A stretch of 64,000 nt of DNA from Leptonemataceae bacterium (GTDB lineage Bacteria > Spirochaetota > Leptospiria > Leptospirales > Leptonemataceae): assembly GCA_965227295.1 (NCBI GenBank), contig OZ245742.1:1-64000 (forward strand), read 5' to 3'. This document shows positions 1 through 10,007 of this stretch, one piece after another. The notes under the pieces are model-generated. The model made no database searches, was not told where the DNA came from, and saw nothing but the letters and a program-made list of their open reading frames with translations. Numbering within the stretch: position 1 is the stretch's first letter; each line of letters opens with the position of its first letter. Position numbers and translations under genes: made by a program.

Positions 1-63
1 GCAAACGCCTTGCCGTACTCCATGGATGAATGTGAATGAGTCATCAGCCGCCCCCAATTAAGT

Positions 64-894
64 TCAGTTAGCTAATTTTAGAATCCGTGTTGCTCCGCGA
101 AAAACAACGGCAAACACGATCGCGCCCACGACCAGATCCGGCCATTTGCTTTCCAGCCAGTAGACGAGAAGTCCGGCGAGGATGACCCCGCCGTTTACAA
201 TAATGTCATTCGACGTAAAGATCGCGCTGGCCTGCATATGGGCTTCTTTGCTTCGTGCTTTCGTTATTAGCCAGAGTGAGACAACATTCCCCAGGAGGGC
301 CACGCACGAAACGAGGATCATCCACCGAAAGAGCGGCGTATCACCTTCGCCAAAAAACCTTCTCACGACTTCCGAAAAACCCAGAATCGCCAGGCTTATT
401 TGAAAATAACCGCTAATCTTCGCGACTTGCTTCTGTCGAGACGCCGCCGCCCCAACGGCCATGAGGCTCAGGCCGTATACAATCGAATCGGCGAGCATAT
501 CGAGGGAGTCGGCGATCAATCCCAGCGAATTGGAAATCCAACCGGCGAGCATTTCCGCAATAAACAACGTAAAGTTTATGCCCAGAACAGACCACAGAAT
601 ACTTTTCTGGCGAACAGGGCCGGAATTAAGCAACGGCAAATCAGACGCAGAAGTATCTTGAAGCTCGTCCTGCAGGTCCAGCTCACTGATGGCCTGCTGA
701 ATGGGCAGCACGTCCCCGGTGTAAAAGACTTCCAGCGTCCGCGCCGGAATGTCAAACTCAAGACGCCGCACCCGGTCAAAACCGGCCAGCTTCATGCGAA
801 TCATTTGCTCCTCGGACAGGCAATCCATCTGGCGAATGATAAACTTGCTTTTTTGGACACGATCAGTCATAGGAGTCAACTCCTGCCTGCTCAA
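64..894 (-). CDS. Cation diffusion facilitator (CDF) transporter with N-terminal HMA-like domain
   Basis: MDCxxEE N-terminal motif, SLGLIADSLDMLAD and TSNDIIVN CDF motifs, several TM segments. Confidence 0.85.
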   Translation of the reverse strand: MSRQELTPMTDRVQKSKFIIRQMDCLSEEQMIRMKLAGFDRVRRLEFDIPARTLEVFYTGDVLPIQQAISELDLQDELQDTSASDLPLLNSGPVRQKSILWSVLGINFTLFIAEMLAGWISNSLGLIADSLDMLADSIVYGLSLMAVGAAASRQKQVAKISGYFQISLAILGFSEVVRRFFGEGDTPLFRWMILVSCVALLGNVVSLWLITKARSKEAHMQASAIFTSNDIIVNGGVILAGLLVYWLESKWPDLVVGAIVFAVVFRGATRILKLAN

Positions 895-1243
895 GAACGG
901 CGACGAGATCCGCTTCGATTTTCATATGTTGTAGCGCAGGCACATTCGCCCCGCCCGTGTTCCCGGTCGGATAATTGTTCACAAAGGACATCGCTCCGCC
1001 GACCAACAAGCGCGGGATTTGCCCGATCACTTCTTTCGCGTTTCGATTGCGCAGACCGAAAACCAGCATTCGCCAGTGCACATAAGTGTGCTGCCAGGGA
1101 TAGGCCTGCCCGATGATATGCGCTCGTTCGAGGTGACGCCACGCGGCGGGCGAATCGCCGGCCGCAAGCTGCTTGCGATACTCCTCAAGTTCGCTCTGAA
1201 AATAAGGCCGCAGGCCGGCCGGCATTCTTGTATTGAATCTCAT
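863..1243 (-). CDS. DUF3703-like protein
   Basis: WRHLERAHIIGQ...HT.VHW.ML and PTGNTGGANV motifs typical of this metal-cluster-associated family. Confidence 0.75.
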   Translation of the reverse strand: MRFNTRMPAGLRPYFQSELEEYRKQLAAGDSPAAWRHLERAHIIGQAYPWQHTYVHWRMLVFGLRNRNAKEVIGQIPRLLVGGAMSFVNNYPTGNTGGANVPALQHMKIEADLVAVLEQAGVDSYD

Positions 1244-1262
1244 ACACTTCTCCTTTACGCAG

Positions 1263-4200
1263 TTATTCTACATGGCTTTGCGGATCGCCGTCCCGATGCA
1301 GCCATGAGTAGGCCAGCGGAAGTAATGCGAGCGTTGCCACGGTGGCCGTAAAGATCCCACCGACGACGACTGTCGCGAGCGGGCGCTGGACCTCGGCCCC
1401 CATTCCCGTCGCCAGCATCATCGGGAAAAAGCCGAGGATGTCCGTAAACGCCGTCATCAACACCGCTCGCAAGCGCAGTGCGGCTCCGCGTCGAATCAAA
1501 GCGTTACCATCACTTTCTCCGCCGGCACGCAATTCATTGTAGAAGTTCACAAGGACGACCCCGTTCAGAACAGCAATCCCCGACAGAGCAATCAGACCGA
1601 CGCCGGCGGAAATGCTGAACGGTAGTCCCATCAGCTGCAGGCTAACGGCGCCTCCGGCCAGAGCGAAGGGCACCAGCGCGAAGATCAACACGGTCTGTTT
1701 TACGCTACGGAAGGCCGAAAAAATCATAAACGCGACAATCAATAAAGCCAGCGGTGCGACAATCAACAGGCGACTGCGCGCCTGCTCTAGATTGCGAAAG
1801 TTTCCGCCCCATTCCAGAAAGATTCCTTCCGGCAACCGCACCTTCGTTTCGATCGCACGCTGTGCGTCCTCGACGACGCTGGCCGTATCTCTGCCGCGCG
1901 GGTTTATCAACACGGCGGTGCGGCGCCGGGCGGACTCACGTTTAATCATGTCGAAGGCGTCGACGAATTCGATGCGTGCCAGAGAATGTAGCGGCGCCGT
2001 AAGGTTGTCCGCCACGCCGACCGGCAGATTGTAGATCGTCTCGAAGGAGCGCCGGGCATCGCCGTCCAGACGCAGCACGACGGGAAAACGTCGTACGCCG
2101 CGATAGAGATAGCCGACCTCGGTCCCACCCAGAGCCAGTTGCACCGTATCCAGAACTTCGTGCGCCGGGACGCCGAATTGACGCAGGCGCTGTAGGTCCG
2201 GAGTTACGCTGAGAATCGGAGACTTGCCCTGAAGTTCCGCTTCGACGTCGCCCGCGCCCGGAACGGAGGAAATCGCCGCGACGAGTTGCTCGCTGACCGA
2301 TTGCAGTTCGTCGAGATCTTCGCCGTAGACCTTGAGCGCGACGTCGGCCCGCGCGCCCTCCATTAATTCGTTGAAGCGCAGCTGAATGGGCTGACTCATC
2401 AGAATGCGCTGGCCGGGGATTTCCGCTTTCAGGCGCGCGGCCAGTTCTTCGCGTAGTTCGTCCGGCGTTCGGGGACGACCCGTATCCGGCACGACCGTCC
2501 AGTCCTCCGGAGCCTTGAGCATTACGATCGTATCGGCGGTGTTCACGCCCATTGGGTCCGTCGCGATTTCCGCGGTACCGATTCGCGAGAATACCCGGTG
2601 AACCTCAGGAAACTCTTTGATCAAATTCTGGGAAATCCTTTCCAGTTCGATCGAACGATCGATGCCGACCGTCACCGGGCGTACAAACTGCACGGCGATA
2701 GAACCTTCGTAAAGCCGCGGAATAAATTCGCTGCCGGCGCGCCAGAGCAGTAAGGCCCCGAGACCCGGTACGATCAGCGACGAGGCGAGAATTGGTCCGC
2801 GATAGCGGATCAGGAAAGTGAGCAAACGCTGATAGAGGGCTTCCAGCCGCTGCATCAACCAGTGCGGGCGGGCGCGCCGCCGGCCTGACAGGAGCGCCCC
2901 GGCGAGAGCCGGAACCAGCGTGAACGATAGCACGAAGGCGCAAAACAGTGCGAATACGAAAGCGATCGCCATAGGCCGGAACATTTTGCCTTCGATGCCG
3001 GTCAACGTCAGAATCGGAATGAATACAATCACGATAATCAACTGACCGAAACCGGCGGCGTTTCGAATCTCCACGGCCGCGTCGGCGACGACTTCGCGAA
3101 CTTCCGGGCGGCTCAGGGTTCGGCCGAGCTCCTCTCCGCGTGCTTCCACCCGCTGCATACAGTTGTCGATAACGATCACCGCTCCGTCGATGATGATGCC
3201 GAAATCCAGAGCGCCGAGTGACATCAGGTTGGCCGAATAGCCCGCCGCATCCATCAACGCCAGAGTACCCAGCATAGACAGCGGAATTACAAAGGCGCTG
3301 ATCAACGCGGCGCGAAAATTACCGGTCAGCACGAACAACACCACGATCACCAGCGCGGCGCCGAATATAAGATTTTCCCGCACGGTGGAGATGGTCGCGT
3401 CGACCAGCTCGGAACGATCATAAAGAATTTCAAGTTCCGCCCATTCCGGCAGATCGACCGCTATCGCTTCCAGCCGTGCGGCGGCGTCGGCGGCGACAGC
3501 GCGACTGTTCTCTCCAAGCAGCATGAAGACGGTGCCAAGCACGCCTTCCTGTCCATCGATCACCGCCGCCCCCGTGCGCAGCTCGCGGCCCGGCCGCACA
3601 ACGGCGACATCACCGACCGTGACCACCGTGAGATCCGGCAGGGTGGCCACGGGCAGCGCCCGAATCTGATCCAATGAGCGAAAAACACCGTCGGCCTGCA
3701 CCAGAAATTGTTCGGCAGTTTGCTGGACGTAAGCTCCGCCGGTGTTCTTGTTGCTCGCCTTGAGTGCCGCAGCGAATTCGTCGATGTGCAGACCGAAACG
3801 CGCCAGACGCGCCGGGGACGGCTGCACATGATATTCTTCTGGATAACCGCCGATCGTATTTACCTCAGCGACGCCCCGCGTCTGAAGTAGCCGCGGCTTA
3901 ATGTCCCATTCTTGCAGTGTGCGCAGGTCCATTAATTGCCGCAGACGTTGATCGGAATCCTCGGCGGGTTCTTTCGCGCGCACGGTATAATGGAGGATTT
4001 CGCCCAATCCCGTCGAGATCGGGCCGAGGCGCGGCTGCACGCCCTCGATCAATTCCACGGACTGGAGTTGTTCGGAGATCAATTGTCGCGCCCGATACAG
4101 ATCTGTGCCTTCTTCGAACTCCACGGTAACCTGAGAAAGGCCGTAGCGCGTGATTGAACGAACGCCGGCCACGCGCGGAATCGTGCGCATCGCGTTTTCG

Positions 4201-4454
4201 ATCGGATAGGTCACATTCATTTCAGCGGTCTCCGGCGTGAGCGCCGGCACCGCCGTGTTGACCTGCACCTGCACATTGGTAATATCCGGCACGGCGTCGA
4301 TGGGAATGGAATAGAACGCGGCGACGCCGGCCAGAATCAGGCACAACGTTCCAACGTATACGAACGCCGGAGTGTAGACAGATCGACGAATCATCGTGTC
4401 GAGAAAATTTCCGGCCGACCCGGCGCCGGGAGTAGATGGGGATGATGGAGACAT
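1263..4454 (-). CDS. czcA: CusA/CzcA family heavy-metal RND efflux transporter
   Basis: 1063 aa; IDAVPDITNVQVQV, GALDFGIIIDG, RLRAVLMTA, GAEVQRPLATVVVGG motifs. Confidence 0.93.
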   Translation of the reverse strand: MSPSSPSTPGAGSAGNFLDTMIRRSVYTPAFVYVGTLCLILAGVAAFYSIPIDAVPDITNVQVQVNTAVPALTPETAEMNVTYPIENAMRTIPRVAGVRSITRYGLSQVTVEFEEGTDLYRARQLISEQLQSVELIEGVQPRLGPISTGLGEILHYTVRAKEPAEDSDQRLRQLMDLRTLQEWDIKPRLLQTRGVAEVNTIGGYPEEYHVQPSPARLARFGLHIDEFAAALKASNKNTGGAYVQQTAEQFLVQADGVFRSLDQIRALPVATLPDLTVVTVGDVAVVRPGRELRTGAAVIDGQEGVLGTVFMLLGENSRAVAADAAARLEAIAVDLPEWAELEILYDRSELVDATISTVRENLIFGAALVIVVLFVLTGNFRAALISAFVIPLSMLGTLALMDAAGYSANLMSLGALDFGIIIDGAVIVIDNCMQRVEARGEELGRTLSRPEVREVVADAAVEIRNAAGFGQLIIVIVFIPILTLTGIEGKMFRPMAIAFVFALFCAFVLSFTLVPALAGALLSGRRRARPHWLMQRLEALYQRLLTFLIRYRGPILASSLIVPGLGALLLWRAGSEFIPRLYEGSIAVQFVRPVTVGIDRSIELERISQNLIKEFPEVHRVFSRIGTAEIATDPMGVNTADTIVMLKAPEDWTVVPDTGRPRTPDELREELAARLKAEIPGQRILMSQPIQLRFNELMEGARADVALKVYGEDLDELQSVSEQLVAAISSVPGAGDVEAELQGKSPILSVTPDLQRLRQFGVPAHEVLDTVQLALGGTEVGYLYRGVRRFPVVLRLDGDARRSFETIYNLPVGVADNLTAPLHSLARIEFVDAFDMIKRESARRRTAVLINPRGRDTASVVEDAQRAIETKVRLPEGIFLEWGGNFRNLEQARSRLLIVAPLALLIVAFMIFSAFRSVKQTVLIFALVPFALAGGAVSLQLMGLPFSISAGVGLIALSGIAVLNGVVLVNFYNELRAGGESDGNALIRRGAALRLRAVLMTAFTDILGFFPMMLATGMGAEVQRPLATVVVGGIFTATVATLALLPLAYSWLHRDGDPQSHVE

Positions 4455-4492
4455 GATATACCTCAGTCTTTCTAACTTTCCTTAGAGGGAGA

Positions 4493-5101
4493 TTAGTGTC
4501 CGTGACCGGAGCCGGTGGCGCCGAACGCAGTCAGATAGGCCAGGTGCAGCAGCGCCGCCCCGGAATGAACGAGTTCCGCTGTGGCCGGCGGCAGGCCGGG
4601 TCGCAGGCGTATGCGCCGTGCGCTGCCGTCACTCCCCGACACGGAAACTTCGAATTGCCGTATACGATTGCGAGAGCGCAGATACACGAAAATCCGGCGT
4701 TCCGAAAAAACCAGAGACTTCTCCGGCACGAGGAATTCCTCGCCACTGACTGCATACTTCTGTAGCGGAGCGAAACCGAGGCGCAGACGGCCGATAGCCG
4801 CCGGTGCGAGCTCGATACCTTCGACTTCGTCCGCGAACACCACGGCCATTTCGGGGCCGGCTGTCATGGCCTCGCCATGTTCGCCATGTTCGCCATGTTC
4901 GCCATGTTCGCCATGTTCGCCATGTTCGCCATGTTCGCCATGTTCGCCATGTTCGCCGTGCTCGCCGTGCTCGCCGTGCTCGCCGTGCTCGCCGTGTTCG
5001 CCGTGTTCGCCGTGTTCGCCGTGCTCGCCGTGCTCGCCGCCGCATGCGGCCAGAGCGCTACAGAGCAAAAGCGTCAAAACAACCACTTTAGAATATTCCA
5101 T
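4493..5101 (-). CDS. Short lipoprotein RND adaptor-like protein with (GEH)18 His-rich tract
   Basis: Start ATG at 5101 overlapping the TolC stop, lipobox-like LAAC, lies between TolC and RND genes. Confidence 0.65.
   Translation of the reverse strand: MEYSKVVVLTLLLCSALAACGGEHGEHGEHGEHGEHGEHGEHGEHGEHGEHGEHGEHGEHGEHGEHGEHGEHGEHGEAMTAGPEMAVVFADEVEGIELAPAAIGRLRLGFAPLQKYAVSGEEFLVPEKSLVFSERRIFVYLRSRNRIRQFEVSVSGSDGSARRIRLRPGLPPATAELVHSGAALLHLAYLTAFGATGSGHGH
4872..5040. repeat. 9-bp coding tandem repeat (about 18 copies) encoding GEH
   Basis: tcgccRtgY units repeated in tandem. Confidence 0.95.
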
Positions 5102-6407
5102 CGCCTTCGACCTCCGATAAGAGTCGTCCGTCGATAACGTAAATCGACAGCAAAGCCAGTAGCGCGGCATCCTCACGTTCGTGATACTCATGTACGTATT
5201 CGATCATGCCGCGATGAAACTCGATCACCGTAGCCGCCGAAACTCGCCCGCGGGCTATGGCGGCACGCACCTGCCTGTGTTGGATTTCGAGGGCCGCAAA
5301 CGACAGGCTGCGCTGCAGGGCGCGGCGCGCACCGGTATACTCGCGGAGCAAACGGTCTCGCTCCAACTGGAGGCGATCCTGAACGGACGCCGCGCGGGCC
5401 TGCTCCGCGGCAACGGCAGCACGGGCCGCGTCCCGGCCGCCTTCGTTGGTATGGTAAAGCGGCAGTGTCATGCGAAAGCTGAGTCCCAGTTCCGCCTCGG
5501 AAGACGAAGTCGAGCCGCCGAAGATGCCTCCCGACGGTATCCGACCGCGCCGGTACTCCAGAGCCGGGCCGATGCTGAGGTTCGGATACGCTTCCGCATC
5601 TTCTTGTTGCATCGCTGCTCGCGCGCGCGCAACTCGCTCGCGGGCGAGCCGCAATTCGGCCGCCTTGTCTTCTGTCGGCGGCTCCTGTAGCGTCGCGGCC
5701 ACCGGCCAGCGCGGTTCGGGTATGCTTGCGGCGACCTGTGCGAAATCCGTGGCGGGAAGGCCGGTGGCGTAGCGCAATTCAATGACGAGTCGGTCTCGCT
5801 CCGCGTTAAGATGATCGATGCGCATACGAACCCGGGCGAGAGCTACTTCGTAGCTTGCGCGACTCGCCTGCTGTTCGCCGCTCAACGCAGGTCGACGGCT
5901 GTACTTCGATACGGCGTTACCAAAGGCACGCTCCGCTTCTCGTAGATGACCGATCTCGTCCGCGAGATGCCGGAGACTATGAAGCCGTAGAGCGCTCTCG
6001 ATGACGATCTCCATGCGACGCAGCTCCAGGCGGCTGCGGGCCAGAGCAAGGTTCTGCTCCGCCACATCCATGCGGGCCGCACGTTTACCTGCCGTCTCAA
6101 ACGTATGTTCAAATGAAGCTTCGGCCGTAAACGAATCCGGGCCGCCCAGCACACGCGAACCCAGTTCCGGGTTCGGATTCTGTTTCGCACGATCGACTTC
6201 GGCGGCGTACCGCTTCAATTCGACCGTCGCCGCCTGCAATTCGGGGTTGTGTTTCATTGCGCAACGCAGCACTTCGTTCGCGGTGCTTGCTCGACATTGC
6301 GTAGCATTTGTCTTTACCATATCGTCCGCTCGCAAGATTTCGGGTGCGGCGCTGAACGCGGCCCAGAATACGGCGGGGACAACAAACGCGTTCCAACGCA
6401 TTCGCAT
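5088..6407 (-). CDS. TolC/CzcC family outer membrane efflux protein
   Basis: Signal peptide, NPEL...NPNPEL motifs, helical character, operon position. Confidence 0.85.
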   Translation of the reverse strand: MRMRWNAFVVPAVFWAAFSAAPEILRADDMVKTNATQCRASTANEVLRCAMKHNPELQAATVELKRYAAEVDRAKQNPNPELGSRVLGGPDSFTAEASFEHTFETAGKRAARMDVAEQNLALARSRLELRRMEIVIESALRLHSLRHLADEIGHLREAERAFGNAVSKYSRRPALSGEQQASRASYEVALARVRMRIDHLNAERDRLVIELRYATGLPATDFAQVAASIPEPRWPVAATLQEPPTEDKAAELRLARERVARARAAMQQEDAEAYPNLSIGPALEYRRGRIPSGGIFGGSTSSSEAELGLSFRMTLPLYHTNEGGRDAARAAVAAEQARAASVQDRLQLERDRLLREYTGARRALQRSLSFAALEIQHRQVRAAIARGRVSAATVIEFHRGMIEYVHEYHEREDAALLALLSIYVIDGRLLSEVEGDGIF

Positions 6408-6521
6408 AGGTTTTCTCCAGTTCGTTTAATTCATACGACCGCGCACGACAACGGGTTGCGGTTGATGCTTGCGCCCCGGAAGACGGATCCAGGGCGACGA
6501 GACTGTATTTCCAGCGTCAGG

Positions 6522-6971
6522 TTAGAGAGGGGGAGCGCGGGGTGAGGTTGCTGTACGATAAAGTGAGAAGGGCGGCAAAGATGCCGCGATGAGAACCGTT
6601 CGAGCGCTAATCGTATGCACGACCGGCAAGCCTGGATACGTAGCGCAGCCGGACGCAACGGGACTCTGGGCCGGAGTGCCCGTGTCGGCGTCCGCGCGAT
6701 TGAGAGCGGCGATACCGAGGGTTTCCAGCACATGCTCGACTGGTGCTTCGGAAGGAGTCGCCGGACTTTCATGGCTTACGCAGGCCGGCTCGCTGTGAAC
6801 GGGAGCTATATGGGCGGCAGGACCGTGCGTGCTGCCATGATGGCAGTGCAGACCTATAAAGGATAAGGCCAGAGCCCATCCGAGGTGCAGAACCAACAGA
6901 CGAGCGGCAATCGACTGTGACCTCATTCCCCCCACGAAAGAAAGCTTCCCTGGATTAACCGCGTATGTCAA
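6522..6971 (-). CDS. Small His-rich hypothetical protein ending in RAPP
   Basis: Hydrophobic N-terminus, His cluster and C-terminal PRAPP as in leader-type ORFs upstream of metal transport operons; start uncertain. Confidence 0.5.
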   Translation of the reverse strand: MTYAVNPGKLSFVGGMRSQSIAARLLVLHLGWALALSFIGLHCHHGSTHGPAAHIAPVHSEPACVSHESPATPSEAPVEHVLETLGIAALNRADADTGTPAQSPVASGCATYPGLPVVHTISARTVLIAASLPPFSLYRTATSPRAPPL

Positions 6972-7255
6972 CTATAAGATTCGGATGCAAATCGTGAAAT
7001 TTTCGTTCTGGAGAAGCAGATAGGAACCCATGGTTGCCGCCAACAACTAATTTATCGGGATCGAGTCTGCGTCCTCCATAGCTGCCCGTTGCTCCAATCG
7101 AGTTCGATGTCAAGTAAAGACGAGCCCGTATTGCGCGGCTGCATGCTAACTTCAGTCTCTGTTCAAACTCTTGCGATCCTTAGTCCCCTTTATCATCCCG
7201 CAAGAATCCGACCTGTGGTTCGTGACGGAAAACACTGCGTCTGAGAGGGAAGCAA

Positions 7256-7732
7256 ATGATTGGCATTCAGAGAATCATCTTGAGCCACGAGGACCTGGCA
7301 GCTCTGCATCGCCACGAGCCCATCCGCGTGGAGCACGTAGAGTATGCACCGTTGGTGATTGAATTCCTGGGCAAAGGCCCCACGGATCGTTTTGCCATCG
7401 GTGTTTCGCAGTTCGTTCCGTACGGCGACAGCGGTCGCTTGCTCTGCGATCGTGAAAAGGGGTTCGAAATCTCGGCGAACGACGAGTGGCTGCTGTTAAC
7501 TTTCGAGCCAAACCACCGGCGAACTCAAGGAAGTCTATACACCCGTACGGCTTCCGAGGTCGTCGCGATTGAGTTCCCTATTAAAGAGGGACCGCAAGTT
7601 ATTTGTGGAGCTTCAGCAAGTCGCCTACGAGTGGGAGTAGGAAATCCGGCGCGCCGACTACCCCGGAGCGCTGAAAAAAGCCTGTAGTACCCGCTGTTCA
7701 ATGATCTCGACAAACAGGAGGCAGAGGCATGA
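7256..7732 (+). pseudogene. Diverged DUF6908-like ORF with premature TAG (module copy 1)
   Basis: Homologous to the 158-aa ORFs at 21260 and 29654; TAG at 7685-7687 replaces a Tyr codon and YPLFNDLD continues in frame after it. Confidence 0.65.
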
Positions 7733-7938
7733 GGGACCCGGGACGAAATCCTGTACAGTATCGCGTCGGCATCAGCGACGCGATGCGGAACGAAGTTCGA
7801 GCGCGTTTCGAAAACACTTCGCAGCACATCCATAATGTCATCGCGGCCGATTTTCGCAATCGTCCCCCGCTCATCGACTTGATCGGAAAGCCGCCGGAGA
7901 GGGTCTCGGTTGATGACGGCTGGGAAGAGGAGCGATAA
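7729..7938 (+). CDS. Small RHH/CopG-like protein (module copy 1)
   Basis: Clear homolog of 21057-21263; beta-strand then two helices pattern. Confidence 0.6.
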   Translation: MRDPGRNPVQYRVGISDAMRNEVRARFENTSQHIHNVIAADFRNRPPLIDLIGKPPERVSVDDGWEEER

Positions 7939-7946
7939 CGTTGTCG

Positions 7947-7987
7947 CCCATGCAGGCGAAGACCCGGTGGGTTTTCGCCTGCATGGG
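7947..7987. other. Conserved hairpin (also 21007-21049 and 31503-31545)
   Basis: cccatgcaggcgaagacccggtgggttttcgcctgcatggg, with compensatory changes relative to the other copies. Confidence 0.75.
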
Positions 7988-8295
7988 ATATTTGTATACG
8001 GCGGTTCCCAGGCGCAGCATGCGATAAGCAGAGACGCGTTGCCGACGAAACGCGGCGCGGAATCTCGGCGCTGGCTGTGAACTTCGACTTCCCGTGATTG
8101 CCTGGAAAAACCAATACGAGCTGGAGCGGCGGGGGTTAGGATTCGGCCGAAATTAGTTAGCACCGACGTCTTCGATTGCTGGAATCCACGTCCCGGAAAA
8201 GCGGCCGGATTTCTCCCGGGCAAGCTCATTGAATCCGGCGACGCCAGGCGCTCCGGATCTCTAAGTGTTCCTCATCTGATGTTTGCCCTCTTTGC

Positions 8296-8523
8296 GTGAT
8301 TCCTTTGCGTGATTCCTTTGCGTGATTCCTTTGCGTGATTCCTTTGCGTGATTCCTTTGCGTGATTCCTTTGCGTGATTCCTTTGCGTGATTCCTTTGCG
8401 TGATTCCTTTGCGTGATTCCTTTGCGTGATTCCTTTGCGTGATTCCTTTGCGTGATCGTCTTCCGTGATCGTCTTCCGTGATCGTCTTCCGTGATCGTCT
8501 TCCGTGATCGTCTTCCGTGATCG
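8296..8523 (+). repeat. 13-bp tandem repeats: 12x GTGATTCCTTTGC then 5x GTGATCGTCTTCC
   Basis: Counted directly. Confidence 0.97.
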
Positions 8524-8753
8524 CGAGTTAGTCTCTTTTCATCTCAAGCTTGTACAGTTTTCTGATTCCGTCGTCCGTGGTTCCCTTGCCGCTGATGATG
8601 TTCTTTACCTCTCTTCCGTTCTTGTGGCCACACGCCCCTCGCATTTGTGGCCACAAATCCACCGAGGCCGTTTTTGTGAATTTCTGCTGGACAGCTTCAC
8701 TGTACGTCATCGACCCTCGTTTCATGCCCGCAGCCGCTCGAAAATCCGCGCAT

Positions 8754-9999
8754 ATCTCCGGTCTACAATCCACACAGGCCCGCGAGCGCGCGCGCCGAGG
8801 TTCGGTAGCCTCGGCGCGCGCGTTCGCGGGGCGGACCGTGTCAGACTCGCAGCGGGGCGGCGAAATCGCGCGCGTTCTCGGGAGCCCCGCCCGTGAGACT
8901 CACAGCCGCGGCCCTCTTTCGCCCCCCTGCCGGACGCCCGCTGCGAAAACAAGATTCAATCGGCGATTTCCTCAGCTGAATCTGCTCTATTATACTGCGC
9001 TAGCGCAGGATGTTCTGGGCCGGGCGTATCCGAAGTTCTGTCCGCATTGTGATGTTGAAATGCACACGCCTGTGGCCGGGCGCGAGACCGCGGTGCGTTG
9101 CGAAACCTGTCACTACATGGGCTCGCGCACGGCGGGCACCCCGCTGGATCACTTAAAGTTACCTCTCTGGACGTTTAGCTATGTGCTTGGCGAGGCCGTG
9201 CAGACGTTCCCGCAGATGATCTCCGCGGCGCAGATTCAACGGCGGCTCGGATGTTCGAAACAGGCTTCGCTGAATCTCAAGCGGCGCCTGCAATTGTTCC
9301 TCACGGACCTCGTGCCGGCCGTCCGCGAACTGGTGAAGCGCGATCTTGAAGAGGCGTTTTCTGACCTGAAATTGCCGGAAAATCAAGACGTTTCGAAGTT
9401 TGTCGCGAATAAGCCCGTGGTGCACAGCGACACCCTCGCCTTGTTCTCGGCAACGCAGCGCAGTAACGGCGGTCGCGCAAGATGGAAACATACCGGACAG
9501 ACCGCAAGCATCTATCTTTCGGACAAAGTCGCGGAGCAACGTGGCAAAGTCCAGATCGGAACGCTCGCGCATACCGTTGCGATTATGAACGGGCCGGTGC
9601 TACTTACGTCCGTTCGCGATCAAACACAGAAGAGTCTTGAACCTTCTTTCAACTTCTTGCCGCGCCTGACGCCGATCATGACGGACGAAGGCACGCCGTG
9701 GCTGTCGCGTTACTTTCCGAATCATCGCGCCGTAAATCACAGCGCCCGCGCGAAGGACAAACAGCGCAGCAAGTGGGCGCGGGATCGCTGGAGCCGCAAC
9801 GGCGTCCACAATCAGGTCGCCGAAGGCAACCAGCGAATCGTTAAGATGAGTTTCCTCGCAGCTTACGGATACTTCGATCCGAAGTACTCGCAGTTGTATC
9901 TCAATGAATACTCCGCGCTCAAGGCCCTGAAGCTCCACGGCCTCGATAGTCTGCTTTCTCTATCAAATCCGACCGGTGTGGGGAATGTAGACCACAGAT
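8754..9999 (+). mobile_element. IS1595-like transposase unit 1 (leader type A)
   Basis: Imperfect terminal IRs atctccggtctacaatcc / ggaatgtagaccacagat; CPHC..CETC zinc ribbon, HTH, VHSDT / IMTDE / HRAVNHS / GVHNQVAEG / YLNEY motifs; ORF stop at 10005-10007. Confidence 0.8.
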
Positions 10000-10007
10000 T
10001 GTTCTAG

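Noticed and set aside
4581-5137. SPC-, MFA- and RHV-repeat ORFs
   Set aside because: Alternative frames of the GEH repeat
8296-8523. CRISPR array
   Set aside because: 13-bp units are contiguous with no spacers, and no cas genes are present
8528-8773. Antisense small ORF upstream of the arrays, partly shared between modules
   Set aside because: Differences between copies are mostly amino-acid-changing, and it is broken by the insert in copy 2 and the intron in copy 3
10000-10007. Spacer as an ordinary 8-bp target-site duplication
   Set aside because: The outer flanks of the arrays do not carry the sequence
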